The position numbers were made by a program, and so were the translations under genes. Positions 13,095 through 27,346 of a DNA stretch of 64,000 nucleotides are shown piece by piece; positions within the stretch are counted from its first letter, which is position 1, and each line of letters begins with the position of its first letter. The notes below the pieces were generated by a model, which was not told where the DNA came from, ran no database searches, and saw nothing but the letters and a program-made list of their open reading frames with translations. Source of the DNA: Octopus sinensis (lineage: Eukaryota); assembly GCF_006345805.1 (NCBI RefSeq), contig NC_043008.1, positions 66,898,001 through 66,962,000 on the forward strand, read 5' to 3'.

Positions 13095-15962
13095 CTTCTC
13101 TTTATAAATGTTCTGGAAACTATTCACAGCCTTGGATTTTTTTTTATCTCATTCTGTTAATTTATATGTATTTTGCTTCTCAAAACCCCACTATATAGAA
13201 CAATATTCTTATTCTGATTTTTACTGCTTACCTTTTTTTGTCACAATCAATTTCATTTTCTCATTCCCTCTATGCTGCCTCTCTTTCTCTCTTCTGATGA
13301 AGGACTAACAACCAAAAAGTTAAAGCATTAAGTTAATATCTTATTTGTCAAACATTGTTCCACTTGAGCTGCCCTTTTTATTGTTCATTCTATTTGCATT
13401 ATACGTATACACATCATCATCATTTAATGACATGAATGCACACACACACACACACACACACATTATTGGGGTCCAGAAAGAAAAGTATGTTCTGTTGCAG
13501 AAATCAACTGCCCTCTGGACATTAATGTGGTCAGAAAAAAACATGGGAAAGAGGACATCTGTGGACCACTGATAAGGAGTTTGCAAATTCAGGACCCAAG
13601 ACACATTTTCAGCTTCATACACTGAAGCAACAGGTTATGTACCAATCCCACTGGAGCAGTGTGTGGTTGAACTTGGGGTTCTTGGGAAGAAAATATAGCT
13701 GCTAAATTCATATACTACAAATGATCACAATACCAGGGACAATAAAAGACTGCAAGGCTTTTGTAAGATTTAAAAGAAGATGAACAAAACAAGGTGCTTT
13801 CTTTTCCAACTTGCTACCAAGCAGGTGGTTAGTCAAAATTAACTCTCAGTTAAAAAGATAAGATGCATACATACATACATACACACAAACACATACATAA
13901 TTCATACATATATCATAAGAAAAGGTAACTGTTGATTCTAAGTTATCTCATACTAGCTTAATATGAGTGTTGTTTAGAAGTCAAAAGTCTCAGCTTACCA
14001 GAAGAAAAGAATTGGAGTGGCTAACTAGCCATATAAGGTGATAATTGGCTTCTGAGTTTATATATATGTGTGTGTGTGTTAGGAAGTTAAAAGTTATGGC
14101 CGGTCATAAAGATACCATTGGTTTTACACCTATAAAGCGCTTAGCAGTATAGGTGCCTTGTCAGACTCAAATGGCTGAAGGTGGATAACCTCTCTACAAC
14201 TGGAGGAAGAAATACATAATGTAGAGAGGTTATGCACCTTCAAACATTTCTGTCTGATGAGTCACTTACACTTATAAGAACTTTATAGGTGTGAAACCAC
14301 CAGTCGCTCTATGACAGGCCATAACTTTTAACTTCCTAAAAATATATTAGTGCTCTAATTCTTTAGAGTGTGCTTCTTTTTCAGATATATGAACTACTGA
14401 TGATATGTGTGTGTGTGTGTGTGTGTGTGTGTTCATAACACAGCTAAAACAAGGAAGATTATACAGATAAGACAAGTAAGATATGCAATGGAGCAAGCAT
14501 AAATTTGAATTAAAATGAAATGTAGTATTTAGTTATACTGGACAGTATAATGAGTTCAAGCCTTATTTTACCATAATCCAACAGTCTGGGAATATGAAAT
14601 TAAATACCAGTAATATTTTGGGATCTGCTTAATCTATTAAACTCCTTTTCGGTTTTCTGGCTCAATGTCTGTGTGTATATGTTTATGTTTCTTATTTCTT
14701 TACTGCCCACAGAGAGGACAAACAAGGACAGACAAACGGATTAAGTCGATTATATCAACCCCAGTACGTAACTGGTACTTATTATTTGACCCCAAAAGAA
14801 TGAAAGGCAAAGTCGACCTCGGTGGAATTTGAACTCAGAACATAGCAGCAGACGAAATACCTATTTCTTTACTACCCACAAGGGGCTAAACACAGAGAGG
14901 AAAAACAAGGACAGACAAACAGATTAAGTCGATTATATCAACCCCAGTGCATAACTGGTACTTATTTAACCGACCCCAAAAGGATGAAAGGCAAAGTCGA
15001 CCTCGGTGGAATTTGAACTCAGAACATAGCAGCAGACGAAATACCGCTAAGCATTTCGCCCAGCGTGCTAATGTTTCTGCCAGCTCGCTGCCTTTGTTTA
15101 TGTGTTTATGTTTCTCTCTCAAGCTCTTTCTATATAATTACATACAAATACACATATACATACATTCGTGCATGCATACATAAATACATGTGTACAATCG
15201 TACATACACACACATATATATGTATTTAACAATTATAAATTTTGGTTTTTTACTTTGATAATTTGAAGACAGCAGAATGTATAATTTTAATTTATAATTT
15301 GAAGGGAAATAGAAAATAAAATTGTATAAGAAAGGAGTTAAAGAAAGAGTAGAAACTTAAAAGATGAAAAGGACAGCCTGAAGTAGCTACAATAATAAGA
15401 ATGCAATTAATTAATTAAAACAGAAAAAAACCCCATCAAAATGAATAAATAAACAGAAATATTTTTGTCAGAATAATGGAATAATTTGCCTTGTGGAATC
15501 GATAAATCTAAAAATATATCTGAAAAATCTGAAGGAATTGCAGAAAAATGTGTTGACTTTCTGAGATACTGAAATACCATCTTAAATATAGTCACTTGAG
15601 CTGCTGGAAACACTAACTTAATCTCCTTCAAATGACACTTTATTGTCTTAGCAAAAGACACATTGAATATGATTCTGGGTTATCTGCATGTTGAGAAAAG
15701 ACAGGATAGTTATGGCTGGAATGCCTTTGATCAACGGTCAACTCAATTCAGAACTGACCTGGGACTAAACAACAATAATAACAATAATTCTTCTATTGTT
15801 CCGATATAGGCACAAGCCCAGAATTTTACATCAACCCCAATACTTGACTGGTACTTTATTTTGTTGACCCTGGAATGATGAAAAGTAAAGTCAACTTCGG
15901 CGGCATTTGCATTCAGGACATAAAGCCAGAAGAAATGTTGCTAAGCATTTTATCCTCAATAT

Positions 15963-16215
15963 TAGTGGTTCTTAAGTGAGGTCTTTATGGCCCTTGGGCG
16001 TCCACATAAGGTTTTGTTGTTAAAATTTATGTGCAATAAACTGATTATATTCTACAATACACAAAATATTTTAACAATTTCTTTTACACAATTCTTAATA
16101 ATATCTAAACATAAAAATATAATAGTATTTTTTAAAACATCAAATAGCTATGGGGCCCACTTGAGTAAGATAGAAATCAAAGGGATCCACAGGCAAAATA
16201 TGGTTAAGAACCACT
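15963..16215. mobile_element. hAT-like MITE
   Basis: TIR tagtggttcttaa ... ttaagaaccactg. A related degraded sequence lies at ~2330-2561. Confidence 0.55.
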
Positions 16216-16891
16216 GTTGTATGCTAACAATTCTGCCACTTTGCTACCTTAATGACAACAACAATAAAAATAATTCTGCCAATGTGTAAGTAGAAATGGT
16301 AAAATCCTGAGAAGAAGGAAATTGGTAATGGGCAATTAATCAATGGAAGTGTTTCATATAAAAATTCAATAGCTTCAATTCAATTGCTCTAAACTCATCA
16401 TACTCTCCTTAGAGTTCTCTTAGTTGAAAAAGAGCCCAATGTCTTTACTTTCTGAGTTCAAATTCCACCAAAGATGACTTTGCTGTACATCCTTTCGGGG
16501 TCGATAAATTAAGTACCTATTGCATACTGGGGTCGATCTAATTGACTAGCCCCCTCTCCACAAATTTTGGGCCTTGTGCCTAGAGTAGAAAAGAATATTC
16601 TGTGAATTCTTTGAATTGGAGTAAAGTGAAGTGGAATGGTATTCCACTCCACCCCACTCCACGCATCTCATTGATGTTGTTGATTACTGAAAAGGCAATG
16701 GTTTGAGTAATTAGGTCATTATTGTGATGTTGTGGTTTCCATTCCAGGACTTCGCAACATGTTATCACCTTGAGTAAGACACTTCATTTCAGTTCGCTCT
16801 TTTGCAGCTTTAATAAAATAGCATATTACTCTACCTTTGGTATTCAAGTACTATCTTTTACCACCTTGTTTTGCAATTATGTGCTTACTCA

Positions 16892-16926
<35 letters not shown>

Positions 16927-17698
16927 TCACACACACACACACACACACATATATATGTGTGTCTGTGTTGCTTGCACACCACTTGATAGCATGGTGTTGG
17001 TTTGTTTACATCTCTATAACTTAGTGGAGAAATATATTTATATATCATGGGCTTCCATGCAGTTTCCATGTCTCAAATCTACTCAAAGGCATTGGTCAAC
17101 CTAAGGCAATAGAAGAAAACACTTGCCAAGGGGGCAGCACTGTGGAACTGGACTCAAAACTACTTGGTTCCAAAGCAAATTTCTCAACCACATGACCATG
17201 CTTGCATTTCAACAATTCAAAATTTCTTCCTTACATTCTTCCTCATAAAACAGTGATGATGCCTCTATGTAGTTACTAGATATGGTAGAAATAGCAGCCA
17301 AATATCCTTCAAATCTTACTCTTGTGTTTTGAGAACAGAAACGACACATTAAGATAATGTTGTTCAAGAAAACCCTAAAAAAGACAGGATGGCCATATAT
17401 GTAATGCCTTTGATCATAGGTATATTCAATCAGAGCAGACCTGGGGTTAAACATCATCAACAATAATCAAAGAAGGTACATTTATGTGGTCACTCAATTT
17501 GCAAGAAACTGCAGCCAAATAAGCCTCAAATTACCCTCTAATGTCTTGAGAAAGGAAGGACACATTAGCTAATGTAGTACTAAATATATGTTATATTTTG
17601 GGACAGGGAAGATAGGATGGTCACAACAGGAATGTCTTTGATCATAAGTCTGCGAAAGGCTAAACAACAGCTACAACAGCAACCAAAATTAATTCACA

Positions 17699-17736
<38 letters not shown>

Positions 17737-20700
17737 TCTTCTTGGTCACTTGGTGTGCTAGAAATAATAACCTAATTTCTGTCATATTGTACTTTACCAT
17801 TTTAAAGACAAAAGGACACATTAGATAATGTAGTCCTACATATATCACAAAAAAGCAAAAAAATTAAATAGGGTAGTCATGGTTGGAACCTCTTTGATCA
17901 TGTCTCCTTGAGTAGAAAAAAACCCCCAAAAAACAAGAAACCTAATGACTCCAATTCTGTGGAGAGACAAAATATTAGATTTGTTTTTATTTATTTATTT
18001 ATTTATTTATTTATCTGTTTTGTAGTTCAATGGCTTGTTAGTCAGTAGGTTGGTGGGTGGTTTTTTTTTTGGCAACATGCCCAGAGTAAATAATTGTTCA
18101 AATATAACAACCAATCGATACCAACTATTTATTCACTTCCTATATTTTCAACAGTTCCTAGAATATTGTGAATTTATTATTGTGTTGTGTTGTGTAGGTG
18201 TGGTGATGGTGGTGGTGGTAGTGTGTGTGTATGTTTGTAAGGGAGTCCTTTCATTCTCTTTCTTTTATAATTGTTAGATTTGTTTGTGTTTATGAATGCG
18301 TACTGAGATTCTGTGTGTTAGTGATTATTTATGAGTATACATCTGTGTGTTTATATGTGTGTTTCTGTGCCATACTGCGGCAAAACCACAGTATAGCTTT
18401 GTATTACTGGACAGCGGCCAAATAGCGGACGGATGATGATGATAATGACTACGACCACCACCACAAAAACAATAAGGAAAATGATGATGGTGATGATGAT
18501 GATGGCAACAACATTGATGATGATGATGATGATGATGATGATGACAGCGGGGAGGAAGAAGAAGAGAGTGTGATGATAACAATTAATGTGGTGATAGCAG
18601 TGATGGTGATGGAATGAGCAATGGTGGTGATGAAAATAGTGGAGGATGGAGAGTGCAGGTGCTACTTTGATAGCATGGCAGAGCCAGTGGTGGTAATGGT
18701 GATGGTTGTGTTGGTGGTAATGGTTGTTCTGATGATGCTACAAGTCTTGGAAGAATGTGAGAGGCAGTGGTAGAGGTGATTACAATGGTATTACACGTTG
18801 CTGATAATAACATTGTAGATGATAACTGATTATTGTAATGATATTAATGATGATCAAGATAACAATAATTAATAATGAGAGGATTAACAATGCTATTATG
18901 GGTAATATGTTTATAAAACATTAATCTGAGATTCACGTAACAAAGTGACAATGTGTGAATCCCATAACATAGGTGAGAAAGTTGAATGTGGTGTTAACAT
19001 CAGAATTATGTAACATAATGTTTTAAGACAAGAATAAGGCAGTACTAAGGCAAGAAGATTATCACAAAAATGAGAGTTATGTAATTAAAGTAAGAATCAC
19101 ATGACAGTATTAACTCTTTTACTCTTTTACTCTCTTACTTGTTTCAGTCATTTGACTGCGGCCATGCTGGAGCACCGCCTTTAATCGAGCAACTCGACCC
19201 CGGGACTTATTCTATCGGTCTCTTTTGCCGAACTGCTAAGTAACGGGAACATAAACACACCAGCATCGGTTGTCAAGCAATGCTAGGAGGACAAACACAC
19301 ACACGCATATATATATATACATATATACGATGGGCTTCTTCCAGTTTCCGTCTACCAAATCCACTCACAAGGCTTTGGTCGGCCCGAGGCTATAGAAGAA
19401 GACACTTGCCCAAGGTGCCACGCAGTGGGACTGAACCCGGAACCATGTGGTTGGTAAACAAGCTACTTACCACATAGCCACTCCTATTAAGAGGAGAATC
19501 AGTTGATATATCGAAGCAAATAGTAAATAATGAAGGAGAGCTTCTAACAATGGAAAAAAAGGAAAAAACTAAGCAACTTTGATAAATTTACGAAAAACAC
19601 TTAACATCATCAAATGTGAAAAGCTTAAAGAAATGCAAGTGAATTGGGTCATAAAACAATCAAAGGACAACGTCACATTAAATTACTTCTTTAAACAAAT
19701 GGCCAGGTAGAAATAGCTTGATATGACACTGTCCATTGCATCATTTCAGAGTCTTTCAGGGATATACACACATACATACACACTACACTTCCATTTAATC
19801 CTTTATTTATTATTATCTTTTACTAGTCATTGGATTGCAGCCATGCTGAGGTACTGCTTTGAAGGGCTTTAATCAAATAATACTTACATTTCTTTTAAGA
19901 TTGGCACTTATTCAATCAGTCTCTTTTGCTGAACCACTAAGTTTTAGGAATGAAAACAAACCAACACCTGTTGTCAAGCAGTGGCAGAAGCTGTGTTTGA
20001 TATAGATACAAGCACAAAGATAGACACAGATAAAGATATATATATATATTATATATATATATATATATATTATATATTATATATATTACACACACACACA
20101 CACACGACTGCTTCCACACAGTGATGTCAACCAAATTCATTCACAAGACATTGGCTATCCAGGGCCATAGTAGAAGACACTTATCCAAGGTGCCATGCAG
20201 TGAAATTGAACTTGAAACCATGTAATCACAAAAGGAAGTTCTGAACCACACAACCATGTCTGGGACTAGTGTTGAAGCAAGAATCACGCAATATTATTAT
20301 GTTAAGACAAAAATCCTGTAATATCATGTTAAAGTGAAAAATCATATATAAAATTGGCGTTAGGAAGGGCATCCAGCTGTAGAAACTCTGCCAGATCACG
20401 ATTGAAGCCTGGTGCAACTATCTGGTTCGCCAACCCTCAGTCAAATCGTCCACCCCATGCTAGCATGGAAAGCGAACATTAAATGATGATGATGATGATG
20501 ATGAAAATTAAGGTGAAATTCCAATAATATGGTACAGTAAGGATGATGTTATAAAAACAAGCATCCCTGCGTTATGAAGATGTTGCATTCATGAAAATTT
20601 TCCGTTAACATGGAGTTCAACAACAAAAAAGCATTTTCTTTTTGACTTCAATGTAACAGAAGTCAATGTTATTGTGTTACAGAAAGATTTTCAAAAGTGC

Positions 20701-21306
20701 AACGTTTCCATAATGTAGAGGATGCCTGGAGTATGTAGAAATTCAGTTATCGTATTCCTAAAGAGAGAATTACATAATGTACTCTTAAAGTCAAAATTAT
20801 GTAATAAAGGTTTAAAAACAAATAATATAGTGATAAAATGAGAATTAATTAATAAAGCATTCAACAAGAAATATCACACGATATTGTGTTATAAAGTGAA
20901 ACATGTGATATAGTTTTAAGGCAAGATTCACATGATATAATATTACAGTTAGAATTATCTTACATAATAGTTAACCGGTGCAAAACTGGCAGAATATATG
21001 GTAACAAAAGAATATTTGCCTAATAGCAGTATGTAAATATCTTCTTTGACCCACCAGCAGCCAACCAGACTTTTCATCCCTGATTTGAACGTTAAGATGC
21101 ATGTAGTAACAAAACTAAATTTACTGAAATATTTAGTTCCGGCTAATTTCACTTCCAAACATCTTGTCTCCCACCATGATAATGATAAGATAGAGGGAAG
21201 TAGTGTGATAATGAGGGTGGTGACATTGGAGTGATGGTGTTTATGTTATAAAGCTGCTGCTGCTCTGATCTACCCCACATATTAATGGTAATTTATATAT
21301 ATATAT

Positions 21307-21341
<35 letters not shown>

Positions 21342-21576
21342 TTGTGTGTGAAATATGTATAAGGTGGCGAACTGGCAGAAACATTAGCACGCCGGGCGAA
21401 ATGCTTAGCAGTATTTCGTTCTGAGTTCAAATTTCGTCGAGGTCGACTTTGCCTTTCATCCTTTCGGGGTCGATAAATTAAGGACCAGTTACGCACTGGG
21501 GTCGATATAATCAACTTAATCCATTTGTCTGTCCTTGTTTGTCCCCTCTGTGTTTAGCCCCATGTGGGTAGTAACG

Positions 21577-21611
<35 letters not shown>

Positions 21612-21694
21612 GGTCCCGGGTTGATTCGGGGTTAACCACAGTAAATAAGGTACTCAATACATAGTAGAGTAAAATTAATTTATTATATAGAAGG

Positions 21695-21745
21695 AGCTTC
21701 TACAGGACTAGAACTGTTTCATTCAAGAGAAATCTTCAGGAAGCT
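21695..21745 (-). ncRNA. Type I hammerhead motif in the left arm of the palindrome
   Basis: Reverse complement of 24949-24999. Confidence 0.72.
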
Positions 21746-22842
21746 AGTTAACAAGAATTGTATTGGCATTTATACATTTAGGCATGTTTAAAGGGGTGTT
21801 GGTGGGGGACTTTTTGGGGGTAGGCATAGCGCAAAATATCATACTTGGGGGAGTGGTCAAGGAGTCAGTGTTAAATTAGATAGAAGAATAAATAAAAAAA
21901 TTAAAAAAATATAAGAAAATATATATATATATAAAAAAAAAAAAAAGGGAATAGAGTTTTAGGTAAATAAGGAGATTCTCACTTATACCTATGCACATAT
22001 GTATACATATATACACACACACACACAAACGTACATACATATACATACACACATACGTACACACACACATATATACATATATATACACTTACACATACAT
22101 ATCCATATCTACACATACACATATATGTATACATACACACACTCACATGCATACACGTATACACACATGTATATATACACACACGACCACACATACATAT
22201 ACACACAGAAAAATATATATACACATACACACATACTCACATACACGCATACACACACATATCCACACACACATGCACACACAGCACACTAGTCCCTATA
22301 TACACATATATACACATACACACACATATATACACACACATACATATACATACATATATATATATATATATATAATATATATACATATGTGTACCTATGC
22401 ATACCTACACATACACACATATATATACACATACATATACAGACCCATTCCCTAATTTTAATTTTATTATCTTCATTTATTACTTTTGTTATCTTTGATC
22501 ACTGGTCACAAACATCTTGGCTATGACAGCCAGTCCATTTATCTGTCTACTGGAAAACAAGCACTCATTTACTCACGCACACTCTTTAGCACGTACACTC
22601 ACTCATTCGTACACTCATACACATACACACGCACGCACGCGTTATATTCATACATACATACATCTACATACATTCACGTATATATACATACGTACGCGTA
22701 CCTACAGATTCATGTCTACACTCTTAGAAGGCTAGTCTATACATATACACCAATAAATATAAATACACACACATACATATACACCTACATACAAATACAT
22801 ACATGTATATATATATATATATACACACACATCCACATATAT

Positions 22843-22893
<51 letters not shown>

Positions 22894-23116
22894 TACATAC
22901 ATATATATATATATATACATATACACACATACACATACATACATATACACACATACACATACATACGTATACATACATACATCCATACATCCATACATAC
23001 ATACATTTATACACATACACACACCCACACGTATACATATACGTACATATATATACGCGCATGCATACACATACAAATACATACACATACGCATATACAT
23101 ATACATACATACACAT

Positions 23117-23155
<39 letters not shown>

Positions 23156-23710
23156 CATACACACACATACATATACATACATACATATACAAATATACGC
23201 ACACACATACATATATACTCATATACACATACACGCACATACACATGTACATGCGTACCCATACACACACACACACACACGCATCCATATATACACATAA
23301 GTACACACATGCGTAAAAGTATACATATATCTATGCTTACACATACACACACACACACTTGCCTTCTTATATTCATACTTACATGCATACTCAAAAAATA
23401 AGTAAATAGTAAAATATATATACGCGCAGTTATTCATACATGCATACTCAAAAAATAAATAATATACAATATTTATTATTTATTTTTTGAGTATGCATGT
23501 ATGAATAACTGCGCGTATATATATTTTACTATTTACTTATTTTTTGAGTATGCATGTAAGTATGAATATAAGGAGGCAAGTGTGTGTGTGTGTGTATGGG
23601 TACGCATGTACATGTGTATGTGCGTGTATGTGTATATGAGTATATGTATGGTGGTGCGTATATTTGTATATGTATGTATGTATATGTATGTGTGTGTATG
23701 TATATATATA

Positions 23711-23751
<41 letters not shown>

Positions 23752-23951
23752 GTATGTGTATGTATGTATATGTATATGCGTATGTGTATGTATTTGTATG
23801 TGTATGCATGCGCGTATATATATGTACGTATATGTATACGTGTGGGTGTGTGTATGTGTATAATGTATGTATGTATGTATACGTATGTATGTGTATGTGT
23901 GTATATGTATGTATGTGTATGTGTGTATATGTATATATATATATGTATGTA

Positions 23952-23992
<41 letters not shown>

Positions 23993-24948
23993 ATATATGT
24001 GGATGTGTGTGTATATATATATATATACATGTATGTATTTGTATGTAGGTGTATATGTATGTGTGTGTATTTATATTTATTGGTGTATATGTATAGACTA
24101 GCCTTCTAAGAGTGTAGACATGAATCTGTAGGTGCGCGTACGTATGTGTATATACGTGAATGTATGTAGATGTATGTATGTATGAATATAACGCGTGCGT
24201 GCGTGTGTATGTGTATGAGTGTACGAATGAGTGAGTGTACGTGCTAAAGAGTGTGCGTGAGTAAATCCAGTAGACAGATAAATGGACTGGCTGTCATAGC
24301 CAAGATGTTTGTGACCAGCGATCAAAGATAACAAAAGTAATAAATGAAGATAAAATTAAAATTAGGGAATGGGTCTGTATATGTATGTGTATATATATGT
24401 GTGTATGTGTAGGTATGCATAGGTACACATATGTATATATATATATATATATATGTATGTATATGTATGTGTGTGTATATATGTGTGTGTATGTGTATAT
24501 ATGTGTATATAGGGACTAGTGTGCTGTGTGTGCATGTGTGTGTGTGGATATGTGTGTGTATGCGTGTATGTGAGTATGTGTGTGTATGTGTAGATATGGA
24601 TATGTATGTGTAAGTGTATATATATGTATATATGTGTGTGTGTACGTATGTGTGTATGTATATGTATGTACGTTTGTGTGTGTGTGTATATATGTATACA
24701 TATGTGCATAGGTATAAGTGAGAATCTCCTTATTTACCTAAAACTCTATTCCCTTTTTTTTTTTTTATATATATATATATTTTTTTATATATTTTTTAAT
24801 TTTTTAATTTTTTTATTTATTCTTCTATCTAATTTAACACTGACTCCAAGTATGATATTTTGCGCTATGCCTACCCCCAAAAAGTCCCCCACCAACACCC
24901 CTTTAAACATGCCTAAATGTATAAATGCCAATACAATTCTTGTTAACT

Positions 24949-24999
24949 AGCTTCCTGAAGATTTCTCTTGAATGAAACAGTTCTAGTCCTGTAGAAGCT
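24949..24999 (+). ncRNA. Type I hammerhead motif in the right arm of the palindrome
   Basis: agcttc-CTGAAGA-tttctcttgaat-GAAACAG-ttctagtc-CTGTA-gaagct. Stems I and III are perfect. Stem II is short with a U.U closing mismatch. Confidence 0.72.
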
Positions 25000-25148
25000 C
25001 CTTCTATATAATAAATATATATATATATATATTATATATATATATATATAACGGGAAGCTTTATGAAAATAAACAAAAGACGAAGGCAGGGGGAAAACAA
25101 ACGAACAAATGTATTAGTATGGCGCTCAGGAAATATAAATAAAACAAG

Positions 25149-25186
25149 TCTTTAACGTTTCGAGCCTACGCTCTTCAACAGAAAGA
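25149..25186 (-). ncRNA. Minimal variant hammerhead motif (CUGUUGA core)
   Basis: tcttt-CTGTTGA-agagc-gtag-gctc-GAAACGTT-aaaga. A second copy is at 27474-27511 (-) and a relative at ~53190-53226 (+). Confidence 0.55.
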
Positions 25187-26718
25187 TACACAGAGAGAGA
25201 AAAACACAGAAAGAAGGAGCGAAAAAAAATGCGTGCAGTAGCTAACGAATCAACATGGCGATCTGATTTCGGCCAGAGGTCAAAGATATATATATGTATG
25301 TATATATGTATGTATCTATATATGTATGTATGTCTGTGTATATATATATATATATGTTTCTGGGGGCTCGGAATTACTTCATAATGTTGGCAGGTGTAAT
25401 TCAAAACAAGCCTAACTTATGCAACCAGTAGTTGAAGCATATAAATGTTATGTAGATCTGACTAAATTTTGTATTTTAGAAGTTATATTGTCACAAGTTA
25501 CAGAGTGACAATGGACAAATTCATATTTGATAAGTGCCAATAAACAATACTCAAGTTTTGACTTACTTTCTAACTTCTGCCAATGATATATATGCATATT
25601 ATGCATATATAGGCACAGAAGTGGCTGTGTGTAAGTAGCTTGCTTACCAACCACATGGTTCCGGGTTCAGTCCCACTGCATGGCACCTTGGGCAAGTGTC
25701 TTCTACTATAGCCTCGGGCCAACCAAAGCTTTTTGAGTGGAGTTGGTAGATGGAAACTGAAAGAAGCCCATTGTATATATGTTTATGTATGTGCGTGTAT
25801 ATGTTAGTGTGTCTGTGTTTGTTCCCCCAACATCGTTTGACAACCGATGCTTGTGTGTTGACGTCCACATAACTTAGCGGTTCAGCAAAAGAGACCGCTA
25901 GAATAAGTACTAGGCTTACAAAGAATAAGTCCTGGGGTTGACTTGCTCGACTAAAGAAAATCTCATCACGCAATCAAACAGATGAAAGAGCCTCTACCTG
26001 GTTGCACAACACACTAAAAATAGCAGCCAATGTATCCCCCTACCCAGTATTTTATAAGGTAAAATCCTAAATTATTAATTCACACATTATTAATTATCTT
26101 ATAACAGCAATGCCTGGAAAAATCATGGATTACATGGAAAAATGCGAACATGAAAAGTAATATTCTTGAGATTATAAACCTGGAAAAGAACATGACAAGT
26201 TATTACACCTGTAAAAGTATAGGACAAGCTATTATTTCTAGCAAAGTAAAGAATAAGAAACTTTTTACTTAGAATATTGCAGCTAAAATTAAAATATAAA
26301 AAAATATTTTATTATAGTTTACAAATAACACTATACTTATTTAAGTAGAATTTTGCTAATTTACTGCCTTAAATACAGAAAAAAGTAACTAATTAGACAA
26401 ACTTACAAATTAGCTAAAAAGTTTTGTACAATAAATTTAAAAGATGAGAACTGTAAAGAGTGCTAAATTAGAAGAACTGGCATTCTTTGCTGCTATATTT
26501 TAAGTAAAAGTTTCTTATTCTTTACTTTACTAGAAATAATAGTTTGCCCTATACTTTTACAGGTGTAATAACTTGTCCTGTACTTTCCAGGTTTATAATC
26601 TTAAGAATATTACTTTTCATTCTTGCATTTTCTCATGTAATATATATATGAATATATATGTCTATATTTGTATTTATATATATATGTAGGTAGTATGCAT
26701 ATATGTGTATATATATAT

Positions 26719-27045
26719 GGCTCAGTAGTTAGAGCGTTGAGCTTATGATCTGATCGTGAGGTTGTAAGTTTAATACCTGGACTGGGCTGCATGTTGTGTT
26801 CTTGAGCAAGACACTTTATTTCATGTTGCTCCAGTTCACTCAGCTGTAGAAATGAGTTGCGACTTCACTGATGCCAAGCTGTATCGGCCTTTGCCTTTCC
26901 CTTGGATAACATCAGTGGTGTGGAGAGGGGAGGCTGGTATGCATGGGCGACTGCTCGCCTTCTACAAACAACCTTACCTAGACTTGTAGCTTAGAGGGCA
27001 ACTTTCTAGGTGCAATCCCATGGTCATTCATGACCGAAGGCGGTT
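26719..27045 (+). mobile_element. tRNA-derived SINE family D
   Basis: A-box ggctcagtagttagagcg and body ttcttgagcaagacactttatttc. Related heads at ~16700-16800 and ~33935-34050. Confidence 0.6.
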
Positions 27046-27303
27046 CCCCCACCCATATATGTATATAAATAGATGTATACATATATATTCTTTTACTTGT
27101 TTCAGTCATTTGACTGTGGCCATGCTGAAGCACAGCCTTTAGTCAAGCAAATCGTCCCCAAAGCTTATTCTTTATAAGCCTAGTACTTATTCTCTTGGTT
27201 TCTTTTGCCAAACCACTAAGTTACGGGTACGTAAACACACCAGCATTGGTTTTCAAGCAATGTTGGGGGGAGGGGGGACAAACACAGAGACACAAGCATA
27301 TAT

Positions 27304-27346
<43 letters not shown>

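Larger units (their letters stand above)
21678..25016. repeat. Large imperfect palindrome (inverted duplication), centre ~23468
   Basis: 21678-~23462 is the reverse complement of ~23475-25016. This includes non-microsatellite blocks such as 21690-21990 vs 24710-25010 and 22440-22760 vs 24080-24380. Confidence 0.95.

Noticed and set aside
20955-21158. Minus-strand ORF with acceptor-like and donor-like sites, considered as the receptor M3 exon
   Set aside because: No M3-like sequence, and the frame required after the phase-1 donor hits a stop.
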